In this document: in pieces, positions 48,650-57,142 of the stretch
Numbering within the stretch: position 1 is the stretch's first letter
How the letters are laid out: every line of letters starts with the position of its first letter
IMG/VR virus record: IMGVR_UViG_3300037147_000032
Coordinates: 543 to 64,542 of that record
DNA from: a virus
Lineage: Duplodnaviria; Caudoviricetes
Reading direction: 5' to 3' (one strand)
Length of the DNA: 64,000 nucleotides
Position numbers and translations under genes: made by a program
The notes under the pieces: model-generated
What the model was told of the DNA's origin: nothing
What the model saw: only the letters and a program-made list of their open reading frames with translations
Database searches by the model: none

Positions 48650-48842
48650 CCCTATCGGTCGCCGCGCAATCCGGGCATAGATGCTCACTGTCGTGAATGC
48701 GCCAGCCTTCTTCGTGCATGACTGACCAGCACGCGGGGTAATTTCTCACGTTGTCCCCCTCGGATTTCAAGAAGTCGCGCGTTTCAAAACAGACGTCGCA
48801 TTGGAAAGTAAGGACATCTTTGGCCGGCCGTTCTGTGCTCAT
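48618..48842 (-). CDS. Small zinc-finger protein
   Basis: CDVC...EGW...HLCPDC. Confidence 0.6.
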   Translation of the reverse strand: MSTERPAKDVLTFQCDVCFETRDFLKSEGDNVRNYPACWSVMHEEGWRIHDSEHLCPDCAATDRDDRGNPFRRN

Positions 48843-49228
48843 TGTTCCAGCGCCCCCTTTATTGCTTCAAGTAGTTTCTTGGCATCGACGCGGTCCGCTA
48901 CGAGGCTGCATTCACGGATGTATGAGACGAGCGGACGATCCAAATTCTCCATCTGCTGGCTCATAATCTCAGCCATGATCGCGACCGAGCACGCCTCCTC
49001 CTCGGTCTCCGGGAGCCGGGGCGTTCCATCAGCCCCTATGATGCATCCGAGTTGGCGGTCTTGAGTTGGGCACAGACGCGCAAGGCGGCGCAGGCCGCCT
49101 CCACTATTTCGCCCGTCGCCAACTTTATTTTCCGGCCCCTCGTGAATTCGTACTGGGGCTTTTCCAGTATGCTGGCGTATGTCAACAACGTTTCCGGGGA
49201 GGGCATCTGTTCCAGTGTCTTCATTCAT
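48839..49228 (-). CDS. Hypothetical protein
   Basis: ATGA-coupled on both sides. Confidence 0.5.
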   Translation of the reverse strand: MNEDTGTDALPGNVVDIRQHTGKAPVRIHEGPENKVGDGRNSGGGLRRLARLCPTQDRQLGCIIGADGTPRLPETEEEACSVAIMAEIMSQQMENLDRPLVSYIRECSLVADRVDAKKLLEAIKGALEQ

Positions 49229-50136
49229 CTCCGCTCCATGACTTCGAACTTGCCGTGCATCCACTTCCACTGCGGACGTGGGAATACACCGCCGGTCGTA
49301 TCGCGAACCAAGATGCCTTCGCCATCGCGAAGCTTGATGCGCGCAACACGACCTCGCACATCAAGCTCCATCACGTCAAGCACCGATTTCATGTCGCTGT
49401 TGACGACGGCCAAGCCCGGCATATTTCCCCAGTCGTAATTGATATACTGGTGCGAACCGTAGACCGATTTTGAGTACGCAGCATACATCATCAAGAAAGT
49501 CTGTTCGGCTTCGACAGGCGTCCAGTGGGTGATCTCGATGCCAAGCGGCACCAGATGGTGACCCCAATCGAGATTGCTGCGCGACATCAGCGCCGCCCGT
49601 TCATCAACGATGATCCGGCTGTCGATTTCATCCTGTATCTCCGGCATGGGCAAATCTTTCCAGCCCATCCACTCCCGGACCACTTCGTTGATCTCGTGAT
49701 CCCAGAAGCGGTATTCAGGCATGAATTGCTTGACCGGGCGCGGGATATCCACGAGGTAGGCCTCGGGTGCATCGTGCATCAGAATTTGAAGGCAATCGAG
49801 TGCTGAACCACCATGGTCCGAAAGCCATTTGGCGAGCAGGCAGCAGTGCTGTGCCACACTGAAGTGCCATTGAGTATGACCTGAGTAGCGGCACTGATTG
49901 GACAGCCCGTGGGCGATGTCGATGATCGACAGTGCGTCCGGTGTCGGCTCCAGCGGCCAGAATGCACGGCCGGTGTAGGTTTCGATAAACGTCGCGGCCT
50001 TGTACCGTGTGTCGGTTTTCAGGATCGTGACATCGTCGGCTTGAGTGACGGTGGGCAATGAACGTGGCGAGGGCGCGGGGTGAGATTTCTTGTACGCGAT
50101 ATCCTCCGGCGACATGCCGTTTACTTTGGGAGACAT
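49225..50136 (-). CDS. HD-domain 5'-deoxynucleotidase (YfbR/YfdR-like)
   Basis: IETYTGR, DIAHGLS.QCRY.GH, SVAQH and LMHDAPEAYLVDIPRPVK motifs. Confidence 0.85.
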   Translation of the reverse strand: MSPKVNGMSPEDIAYKKSHPAPSPRSLPTVTQADDVTILKTDTRYKAATFIETYTGRAFWPLEPTPDALSIIDIAHGLSNQCRYSGHTQWHFSVAQHCCLLAKWLSDHGGSALDCLQILMHDAPEAYLVDIPRPVKQFMPEYRFWDHEINEVVREWMGWKDLPMPEIQDEIDSRIIVDERAALMSRSNLDWGHHLVPLGIEITHWTPVEAEQTFLMMYAAYSKSVYGSHQYINYDWGNMPGLAVVNSDMKSVLDVMELDVRGRVARIKLRDGEGILVRDTTGGVFPRPQWKWMHGKFEVMERR

Positions 50137-50149
50137 AGCAGTGATCCTT

Positions 50150-50368
50150 TCAGAGCCCCTCAAGTTTATCGTATGCCCGCAAAAGTCGCTGGGCAAATTC
50201 ATAGCCCCCGTAGCTGTCGGTCGTGAACGTGCTCAGCAACCCGGCTTCATCGTGAAATTGAATACGCATGCTGTCTTCGTCGATGTTGATGTTGATGCTG
50301 TATTTGGTAGCATCCATGTCGTCATCCAGCAATTCCACCAGAAGCTCGTCCTTGATGGCTTGGGTCAT
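50150..50368 (-). CDS. Hypothetical acidic protein
   Basis: AAGGGG RBS. Confidence 0.5.
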   Translation of the reverse strand: MTQAIKDELLVELLDDDMDATKYSININIDEDSMRIQFHDEAGLLSTFTTDSYGGYEFAQRLLRAYDKLEGL

Positions 50369-50382
50369 TTTGTTTCCCCTTC

Positions 50383-53300
50383 TTATTTCCGAAGCCGGGG
50401 CCCTGCCCAGCCTTCGGCGGCGATTGGCATTCCGGGACACCAGACCGGCACGATGGACATGATACACTCAAATTCCTTCACTGTGCAACTGCCTATTGCA
50501 GCTTGGGCGATGACCTCATCGTGTATTGATAAAAGCAGATCGAACTCAGGCATTTCGTCTACACGAAACATAGCTTCGGCGAGAAGATCGCGCGAGCTAG
50601 CCTGATCGTAGTTCTCAACGAGCGAACCTCCGTGCGTGCCGCAACGCTTCCATTTTTTAGTATAGGTATCCCTGCCCATGAAAGACAGATGCGGCGAGAC
50701 AAAACTCTCCGGCGGATCAGGCAGCAAGCGCTTGTGTTGTTTCTCCGCGAGCTTCTCCGCATGCCAGCGGACGCGATGCTGTGGTACGCTCTTCTTGGCT
50801 GGAAAGTTGACAGTCGTCGGCTTCCCGCGCTCATTGATGGCAGCGAAGCGGTACGTGACGCGCTGGCGGACTTGCGGATCGAGATAGGCGAGCAGGCGGC
50901 CCGAGGGCAGGCGGCAATGCAGGAAGCGGCCGGCCATGAAGTAGCTGACCGAGCCAATGCCGAACTCATCCCCGCCGCAATAGTATTCCCCGCCGCAATA
51001 GTATTCCCCGCCGGGATCGAGCACGGCGGAGATCGCAGCCTTCTCGGTGTCGCGCCAGAGTTGGGGGATTTCGGGGTAGAGGTCTTTGCGATAAATGCGC
51101 ACTACTTCCTGACAAAACTCATCCTCAAGCCAGATACCCTCATCCGCCAACACAGTGGCTTGGAATTTTTCCCAGCCCATCGCGTAGCCCAGCCCGAGTA
51201 TTGAGTTATGAACTAGAAGCGGTCCGCGATCAGTCAGGATTGTGAAGCGATGACGCGGCCCCGCATTTGCAAGATCGTAAACATGCTTCAAGTTTGTTGA
51301 TGCGTTCCTGCATCTCAAAAATCTGGCGTCGGTTTTGTAAGTTGACTTGTTTGGTACAGAACCGTAAATTACCCGGCTCATAGCCTCGCTCATTCTTGAT
51401 CCGATCAAGCTCAAGAGCGGGTTGATCCCAACCGTCAAGCGTGATGATATACTGCAAGAACTGTCGTCGATCTGTACGCCATGGTTCATGAACGAAGATA
51501 CCTCTTCCTCCATAGTGGTGGAACACATCGCATGTCTTGGTGTGACAGCGTTGAATGCAACTTGAGATGCGATTGAGAAGCCGAGCCCTATCAGCTTCAT
51601 CAGGGACGATGTCTGCGTATCCGTAATACTTCTTACGCCAATAGGCGGCTTTCTTTTTGGCGCATGCATTGCATCGTGTAGACTTTCCGGACAAGAGGTT
51701 GGTTGACAAAAGGGAGTGAACCGAAGCCCCGCATGAGCATTGGACGAGCATGCGAGCAACGCCTCCACGCTCTCCGTAGGTATATCCAACCACGGTAAGT
51801 TCTCCGAACCGTGTCCCAATGCTCGGCATTGTAATTTTTCGTTTTGCGCCACATCGAGGGCCGAATGCCAACGGCAGCCCTCCGATATCGGATGGTCGTA
51901 AGTCATATCTACACCCATCATATCGAGTGTTGGTTTCGTACCTTGGTCTAGTAGCCCCTGATGACTTACCCATTCAATCCCATCCCATAACTGATCTTCT
52001 AACGTGATCTTGGTTATAGGATGGAAGCCTCGCCGCGTCAAGACAAGAGTATCGGCCCCGAGGCATTTCTTTCCGAGGGCTCGCTCGGTTTTGTCAGCTT
52101 TGGTGATCTGACGTTTATAGATCGCGCTTCCCATATCGATGTATGGGTCACCGCCGCTGTTGAACAGGTCGAGCAGACGTGAGCAGCCCGACAGCCACGC
52201 GAGCTTGCGGGCTTCGATGGCGTTGAAGTCGGCGGCGTATAGCTCGTTCCCCGGTCGTGCGATCAGTGCGCCACGGCATGCCTTGGCGAGCATGACCATC
52301 GGCTCGCCCCAGATCATCGTGATCAGATCATGGTCGAGCCCCATGATATCATCCCACGCTTCAACCATATCCTTGGAGTAGCCACGAACGAAGTTGTGCG
52401 GCTGGACACCCTTGCCAGACCACCGGCCGGTTCGATCCGCGCCGTTGAAGAGCATGATATCGTGGAGCGCATCATCGTCCGGACAGACACTGTTGCGCAT
52501 CTGCTTATACTTGGCGACAGATGACCGGTTGACTTCCATGCAGATACGGAGCGACCGCTCGATATTCTCCGCTTCGGGACCGAGCGCGTCCCACTTCTCC
52601 CGGGCAGCGGGGGCGTTGTGCTCACGGGCCTCTTCGCCAGCCTTGGTCGGAACCCCGTCGAGCGCAAAACTGAGCGTGTCGGCCTTGGTGTCGAGCAAGG
52701 GCTCGCCACCGACCTCAGCGAGCCGCTCATTCACCCATTTCAGGAAGGCTTGGCGTTGGGAGCCCTTCTGGATAGCCCCACCGGTGAGGTCGCTAAGCTC
52801 TTCATTGAGCCTCTTGGCCTCTTGGCCTGCATATTCGAAAGCCGTATTGGCGCCCGAGATGTCGAGCGCGATGCCTCGAAGGTTCATCCGCTGGTCCATA
52901 AGCCAGTATTCACGTTCGCGTGGGATCATTTCTGGACAGAAATTGGACAAGCCGCGTTCGGCCCGCACGTCCTGTTTGCAGTATTCCCAGTTTGCGCGGT
53001 GCTCGTGCTCTTCCTCACAGAACTCTATAATTCCGTCGCCACGTTTCTTGCCACGTCGGACCATCGGCTTCGAGAGCTTATTGATCAGACGTCTGCCATC
53101 CGCAATCTTACGGTCGGGTAATCCGAGCGCGTCAACGGCGTCATCGAGAGAGCGGGGCAGAGACAAACATGAGGCTTTTGCCGCCGAACAGTACAACTGG
53201 TCCAGCGTGAGCTTGACATTGAATTCGGGAAATTCGACTGTGAAGCACTCATTCCATATATTGAATTCGAAGCCGGCATTGTGTGCTTCGACTGGCTCAC

Positions 53301-53517
53301 CGCTTCGGATGCGTTCGATTAGCTCGTCAGGGCGCTTGCTCTTGGGCATCGGCGTGGCCCATGTCGGGTGGGCACGGTGCCAGAGATAAACTTTTTCCTC
53401 CTGATCGAATGACCAAGCAAGGCAAAGTGCTTGCGTGCTCGTGTCGAGCGCGTAGCGACGCGCGCCCCAACGTTTTAAGTCAGCAGCACTTCGGGTTTCA
53501 AAGTCCAAGAAAATCAC
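50383..53517 (-). CDS. polA: DNA polymerase family A with an intein
   Basis: Exonuclease motifs LDFETRS and AHNAGFE; TGRWSG; motif A ADFNAIEAR; motif B RALGKK/SILGLGY split by an insertion; motif C IHDEV. Confidence 0.95.
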   Translation of the reverse strand: MIFLDFETRSAADLKRWGARRYALDTSTQALCLAWSFDQEEKVYLWHRAHPTWATPMPKSKRPDELIERIRSGEPVEAHNAGFEFNIWNECFTVEFPEFNVKLTLDQLYCSAAKASCLSLPRSLDDAVDALGLPDRKIADGRRLINKLSKPMVRRGKKRGDGIIEFCEEEHEHRANWEYCKQDVRAERGLSNFCPEMIPREREYWLMDQRMNLRGIALDISGANTAFEYAGQEAKRLNEELSDLTGGAIQKGSQRQAFLKWVNERLAEVGGEPLLDTKADTLSFALDGVPTKAGEEAREHNAPAAREKWDALGPEAENIERSLRICMEVNRSSVAKYKQMRNSVCPDDDALHDIMLFNGADRTGRWSGKGVQPHNFVRGYSKDMVEAWDDIMGLDHDLITMIWGEPMVMLAKACRGALIARPGNELYAADFNAIEARKLAWLSGCSRLLDLFNSGGDPYIDMGSAIYKRQITKADKTERALGKKCLGADTLVLTRRGFHPITKITLEDQLWDGIEWVSHQGLLDQGTKPTLDMMGVDMTYDHPISEGCRWHSALDVAQNEKLQCRALGHGSENLPWLDIPTESVEALLACSSNAHAGLRFTPFCQPTSCPESLHDAMHAPKRKPPIGVRSITDTQTSSLMKLIGLGFSIASQVAFNAVTPRHAMCSTTMEEEVSSFMNHGVQIDDSSCSISSRLTVGINPLLSLIGSRMSEAMSRVIYGSVPNKSTYKTDARFLRCRNASTNLKHVYDLANAGPRHRFTILTDRGPLLVHNSILGLGYAMGWEKFQATVLADEGIWLEDEFCQEVVRIYRKDLYPEIPQLWRDTEKAAISAVLDPGGEYYCGGEYYCGGDEFGIGSVSYFMAGRFLHCRLPSGRLLAYLDPQVRQRVTYRFAAINERGKPTTVNFPAKKSVPQHRVRWHAEKLAEKQHKRLLPDPPESFVSPHLSFMGRDTYTKKWKRCGTHGGSLVENYDQASSRDLLAEAMFRVDEMPEFDLLLSIHDEVIAQAAIGSCTVKEFECIMSIVPVWCPGMPIAAEGWAGPRLRK
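51205..52065 (-). mobile_element. Intein (287 aa) in polymerase motif B
   Basis: Block A CLGADTLVLT, block B MTYDH, block F VYDL...HRF, block G LVHN followed by Ser+1; in frame with the polymerase. Confidence 0.92.
51230..51829 (-). CDS. HNH endonuclease nested out of frame inside the intein
   Basis: GTRFGELTVV, QCSCG, NLLSGKSTRC, YGGRGIFV and LDRIKNERGYEPGNLRF...NRR motifs; the frame is open from the ATG at 51973. Confidence 0.85.
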   Translation of the reverse strand: MPSIGTRFGELTVVGYTYGERGGVARMLVQCSCGASVHSLLSTNLLSGKSTRCNACAKKKAAYWRKKYYGYADIVPDEADRARLLNRISSCIQRCHTKTCDVFHHYGGRGIFVHEPWRTDRRQFLQYIITLDGWDQPALELDRIKNERGYEPGNLRFCTKQVNLQNRRQIFEMQERINKLEACLRSCKCGAASSLHNPD

Positions 53518-53768
53518 AGGCCCATGCCTTCAATGCCCATGCCGCCATATGGCGCCTTTTCAGATGGCAGGCCGTTGAGGACGCGGAGGGTTGGCGTGAG
53601 AAGCACTTTGAACGCTCGGGACAGGATCGCTCGCGCGTCCACTAGATTTTTGGTGGCCATGGCTCGGTCATGTTCATCGAGCGCGCCAGAGCATAGGACG
53701 ACCTGAGCGAGCATGAGGGCTTCAAGAGCTTCCGTGATAAGCTCAATCTTCGTTTCAATAGTTGTCAT
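53514..53768 (-). CDS. Hypothetical protein
   Basis: GGAG RBS; GTGA overlap with the polymerase; TTGACA upstream at 53821-53826. Confidence 0.55.
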   Translation of the reverse strand: MTTIETKIELITEALEALMLAQVVLCSGALDEHDRAMATKNLVDARAILSRAFKVLLTPTLRVLNGLPSEKAPYGGMGIEGMGL

Positions 53769-53921
53769 CGGCAGCACTCCCATTTTTATGAGAGGTTCAC
53801 AGAGCACAAAATCGGAAGGCTGTCAAATGGTTGGGGCGCGATATCGTGGAGATACCGCGCCCCTCTCATGCGACCGTGCAGTGATATCACCGGCTTGCGC
53901 CGGGCTTATGAGGCGTCCCCC

Positions 53922-54572
53922 TTACGCGGTCGGATCGTCGTTGTCGCCGACGCCGTCGAAATCTTCGTCGTCGTCTCCGGTGTCAAAGCCTTCCTCCGGC
54001 TCGCTACCGAAATCATCCTCGGCGGATGTGAAGCCGTCGAACCTGTCGCCATCGGCGAGCTTCTTCAGGTTGACAAGACCGATAGCCAATCCCTTGCCGA
54101 TGTTGTCAAAGGCGTAGGGGTTGACGCTCGCACGCGCCCAGCAGCCGGCGTAGAACTCTTCCGGGCTATCCGAGTTGTCCGCAGTGATCTTGAGGCCCTT
54201 GAGATCGACGATTTCCGGGCGCTTCATCGAGTTGGCCATGGAGAAGTAGACCATGTTCGGATCGCCGTATCCCTTATAGGTCTTGTCACTGCCCTTGTGG
54301 AACGGGATTTTGAAAGAGCGATCCTCTTTCATGGTCTTGAGGTCTTTCTTGAAAAATTCCTTACAGACTTCGTTGAGCCGCACCTTGATGGCGGTCCACT
54401 TGGCCTTGTCCTTTTCCGAGAAATCAGCCGGAAAGAACAGGCCGGTCACCGAATAACGGAGCGTCCCGTTATTGTAGGATGACTTTTCGAAGACTTGGGG
54501 GAAGCTCACGCGAAATTTCGGGGTGAGCAGGCGGGTGCCCTTTTGGAGCGCAGTTATAGCGGTGGTTGCCAT
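53922..54572 (-). CDS. ssDNA-binding protein (DUF2815-like)
   Basis: FRVSFPQVF and FYAGCWARASV..YAFDN motifs; acidic tail. Confidence 0.85.
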   Translation of the reverse strand: MATTAITALQKGTRLLTPKFRVSFPQVFEKSSYNNGTLRYSVTGLFFPADFSEKDKAKWTAIKVRLNEVCKEFFKKDLKTMKEDRSFKIPFHKGSDKTYKGYGDPNMVYFSMANSMKRPEIVDLKGLKITADNSDSPEEFYAGCWARASVNPYAFDNIGKGLAIGLVNLKKLADGDRFDGFTSAEDDFGSEPEEGFDTGDDDEDFDGVGDNDDPTA

Positions 54573-54626
54573 GGGGGGTATTCCTTTCGATTTGATGTGA
54601 TTGATGAAACTTTTGGCAGGATCACC

Positions 54627-54653
54627 GTTAGCAGGCCGTTAACCATGTGTCAA
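54627..54653 (-). promoter_or_regulatory. TTGACA promoter with an adjacent CtrA-type box upstream of the SSB gene
   Basis: Minus strand TTGACA-catg-GTTAA-cggcctg-CTAAC. Confidence 0.5.
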
Positions 54654-54768
54654 CCCTTGAGACGCGGGCTTTTCGCTTTTTAATCGTTGTGTGTCGTTGT
54701 CCAGAAAAACCAGATCACTCCGGCTATCACGCATGCAAGTACAGCGCCCGACACCATCAGGAGATCAG

Positions 54769-55305
54769 TCATTTTGGAAAGCTTTCTACTTTGCCCGGCG
54801 GGATGTAGCTCCGGAAGATGTGGTCCCATAAATTCGTGCTCACACCGAAATTGGCTTCGACCCCTTTGTGGTGCATCTCGTGCGTCGCGCGAAGCTTGGC
54901 GACTTCCGAGCCTGACGTATGATGGATCGAAAAGTGAATGATGATGTAGGAAAAATAGCCGAAGGCAAAGCCCGCGAACAGCATGCCGCCATATCCCCAG
55001 CCTAGTTGCAGCGCGAACAGATAGACTATCGCGAGCACCAAGCCGGTCAGGAGCGGTGGCACCCCGATCCAATCCAACGGTCGGCGATGATGGCGCCAGT
55101 GTTCTTCCTTGTAGAGCCAGTGAAACAGCCACCGATGCGTGACGTATTCTGCCAGCGTCCACGCGGTCACACCACCGCAGAACAGGAAAAGCCACTCCAT
55201 GGTCGGCGTCCCGAAGACGAACGCACTGATGACTGCGACGGCGATGTACAGCGGCACCAGAACAAAGTCGGCGAGATACGACATTCGTGAAAGACGAAAA
55301 TCCAT
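54769..55305 (-). CDS. Fatty acid hydroxylase / sterol desaturase family membrane di-iron enzyme
   Basis: His boxes HRWLFH, HWRHH, HFSIHH and HEMHH; NFGVSTNLWD; TM segments. Confidence 0.85.
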   Translation of the reverse strand: MDFRLSRMSYLADFVLVPLYIAVAVISAFVFGTPTMEWLFLFCGGVTAWTLAEYVTHRWLFHWLYKEEHWRHHRRPLDWIGVPPLLTGLVLAIVYLFALQLGWGYGGMLFAGFAFGYFSYIIIHFSIHHTSGSEVAKLRATHEMHHKGVEANFGVSTNLWDHIFRSYIPPGKVESFPK

Positions 55306-55307
55306 GA

Positions 55308-55526
55308 TTAGTCCTTATCCAATTCTCCGCGCGCAATGGCTTCGTCCCGGAGCCGCTTGAATATGTCATTAATCGGCTTCATAGGGCGGGCCGCCCATTC
55401 CTTGGTAGCCTCGATCATGATCCGGCTCAGCACACGACGCTGTTCGCAACCGTGACAGGGCTTCCCCCGAACGATTTCAAGAGCCTCATTGAGACCTCCG
55501 GCTATCTTGTCGAACGCTTTGCTCAT
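55308..55526 (-). CDS. Hypothetical protein
   Basis: GGAGG RBS. Confidence 0.5.
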   Translation of the reverse strand: MSKAFDKIAGGLNEALEIVRGKPCHGCEQRRVLSRIMIEATKEWAARPMKPINDIFKRLRDEAIARGELDKD

Positions 55527-56353
55527 GATCCCTCCGGCAGTGGCGCGAAGCAGTATGCATACCCCGGCTTGGGAAGGGGAACCCCGTTCGGCAAGCCGCC
55601 TGTGTAGTCTCGCGCTACCGACACAAACACCCATGCATGGCCCGTTGGGTTGCCCATGGTCTCGCTCGGCGGATTAATCTTGTTCCAAGGCACGTGGATG
55701 ACGCTTCCATTCTCGATCTCCGGGCGTTCCGTTCCATCGGGAAATGTGACCGCAGCCCCATCAGTAATCGTCACGTCGTAAGAGCCGTCCTTGTTCCTTG
55801 TGTAGGTATCGGCGACGTAGGCGTCGGCTTTGCCGCAGCACGGTTCAGGCATCTTGTCGTGTCGTAGCAACTGCCCAAACCATTTGGTCGCCGGATCATA
55901 TGGATCGAAGCCGTGATCAAACGCGAATGCATGACTGATGCCCCAGATCAGCGAGAACACAACGAGCGCGGCGCAGAGCAATGATGCAATGAAACAGCCG
56001 CCCCTCGTCGGCGGTTCGAGATCAAATAGCTGGAACCGTCCCGGCTGATCGCAGCCGTCCGGACAGCCCGGGTAATCGCACATCATGAAGCGGTTTTGGT
56101 CTCCATCACAGATCGGGCATTGATACGGCGTCGTTGGCACGTGCCAATAGCGATCTTTGTACTGTGCATCCCGTGCCTCGGCGGCTCTGATGCGCCGATG
56201 AAACTCGGAGACATTCGCAGGATCGTGCTCTGGCAGCGGGTTGCGCCCGGGACAATTGTCTCGGATGCACCATTGATCCACACCGCGACTGCGGCATATG
56301 CGGCACTGCGGCTCGGGATACGCAGGTCCGTGTTCGTCATAGCCCATGATCAA
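55523..56353 (-). CDS. Cys-rich N-region, TM segment and periplasmic CCGxAD domain
   Basis: CRIC/CPIC motifs, a TM segment, CCGKADAY...NPTGHAWV...YCFAP. Confidence 0.55.
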   Translation of the reverse strand: MIMGYDEHGPAYPEPQCRICRSRGVDQWCIRDNCPGRNPLPEHDPANVSEFHRRIRAAEARDAQYKDRYWHVPTTPYQCPICDGDQNRFMMCDYPGCPDGCDQPGRFQLFDLEPPTRGGCFIASLLCAALVVFSLIWGISHAFAFDHGFDPYDPATKWFGQLLRHDKMPEPCCGKADAYVADTYTRNKDGSYDVTITDGAAVTFPDGTERPEIENGSVIHVPWNKINPPSETMGNPTGHAWVFVSVARDYTGGLPNGVPLPKPGYAYCFAPLPEGS

Positions 56354-56691
56354 TCAAGCTCCACGTTGGCATCGTAGTCGTCGCCATGAGCTTCCTCGTT
56401 GATTGTGATCCCGGCCTTCTCGCGCGTAGGAGGCTGATCGACCGGGGGCACGACGTAGGCGCGCATGACACACTGATTGGGAATGGAGAGCCCGATCTCG
56501 ATGCCACCGCCTGCATTGAGCATGAGCAGTTCGTCGTCGTCCGGCTTCCACGTGCTAACGCACTCAATGACTTTGTCAACACCGTACAGGTCAACGCGGA
56601 CCATGAGATCGCCGCATTCTCCGTTCGCGTCGTTCCAGTTCTCGGGAGCCGCATACCTGTGGGTCGCGTCGCGCGTGATTGTCGGTCTCAT
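56350..56691 (-). CDS. Hypothetical phage protein
   Basis: APENWN...CGDL and STWKP..DEL..LNAGG motifs. Confidence 0.6.
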   Translation of the reverse strand: MRPTITRDATHRYAAPENWNDANGECGDLMVRVDLYGVDKVIECVSTWKPDDDELLMLNAGGGIEIGLSIPNQCVMRAYVVPPVDQPPTREKAGITINEEAHGDDYDANVELD

Positions 56692-56960
56692 GATTTGGGT
56701 CTCCTGTGATAATCGACGGCCTTCAAAGCCTCGGCAACGAGATGCCAGACGTGGAGGTCATCGCGGGGATAATCGTGTACTTCCCCATGCCTGTTAAAAA
56801 TATACTTGTCAAGAGCTTCCTTGCACCGGCCGCGCACCGTGCGGACACGATAGTTTCCACATGCGTTTGTACCGCCGATGTTATCGATGACCATCCGAGC
56901 AAGCTCTTTGCTGCGACTGGCGTCGATGGCGCTCTCTAGACGGACGCTGACGACTATCAT
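56688..56960 (-). CDS. Hypothetical protein
   Basis: Coupled ORF. Confidence 0.55.
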   Translation of the reverse strand: MIVVSVRLESAIDASRSKELARMVIDNIGGTNACGNYRVRTVRGRCKEALDKYIFNRHGEVHDYPRDDLHVWHLVAEALKAVDYHRRPKS

Positions 56961-57142
56961 TGTGCCTCGAAGATTGTCTCTGGCAACGACGGTTGATAGA
57001 TTGATTGAACCACGTAATCACGCGGACCAAGCCGGGCGACAGGAAGCGTGATGGTGCGTCCCGGCTTGGCCTCAGGGGTCGGTATCCATGTGACCCTATT
57101 CCAGCCAGCGGCGTCCCGTATGCGGCATTGGTTGAACATCAT
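56957..57142 (-). CDS. Hypothetical protein
   Basis: Coupled ORF. Confidence 0.45.
   Translation of the reverse strand: MMFNQCRIRDAAGWNRVTWIPTPEAKPGRTITLPVARLGPRDYVVQSIYQPSLPETIFEAQ

Noticed and set aside
39266-50136. Z-base (2-aminoadenine) genome
   Set aside because: No PurZ-like synthetase is visible, and the hydrolases alone are insufficient evidence.
51205-52065. Group I intron as the explanation for the HNH inside the polymerase
   Set aside because: The insertion is an exact multiple of three, stop-free, and bounded by complete intein motifs.
52394-53389. 331-aa plus-strand ORF opposite the polymerase (similar cases at 9071-9976, 28331-29458 and 63050-63793)
   Set aside because: These are antisense shadows of well-supported genes in GC-rich DNA and have no motifs, unlike the nested HNH in the intein.
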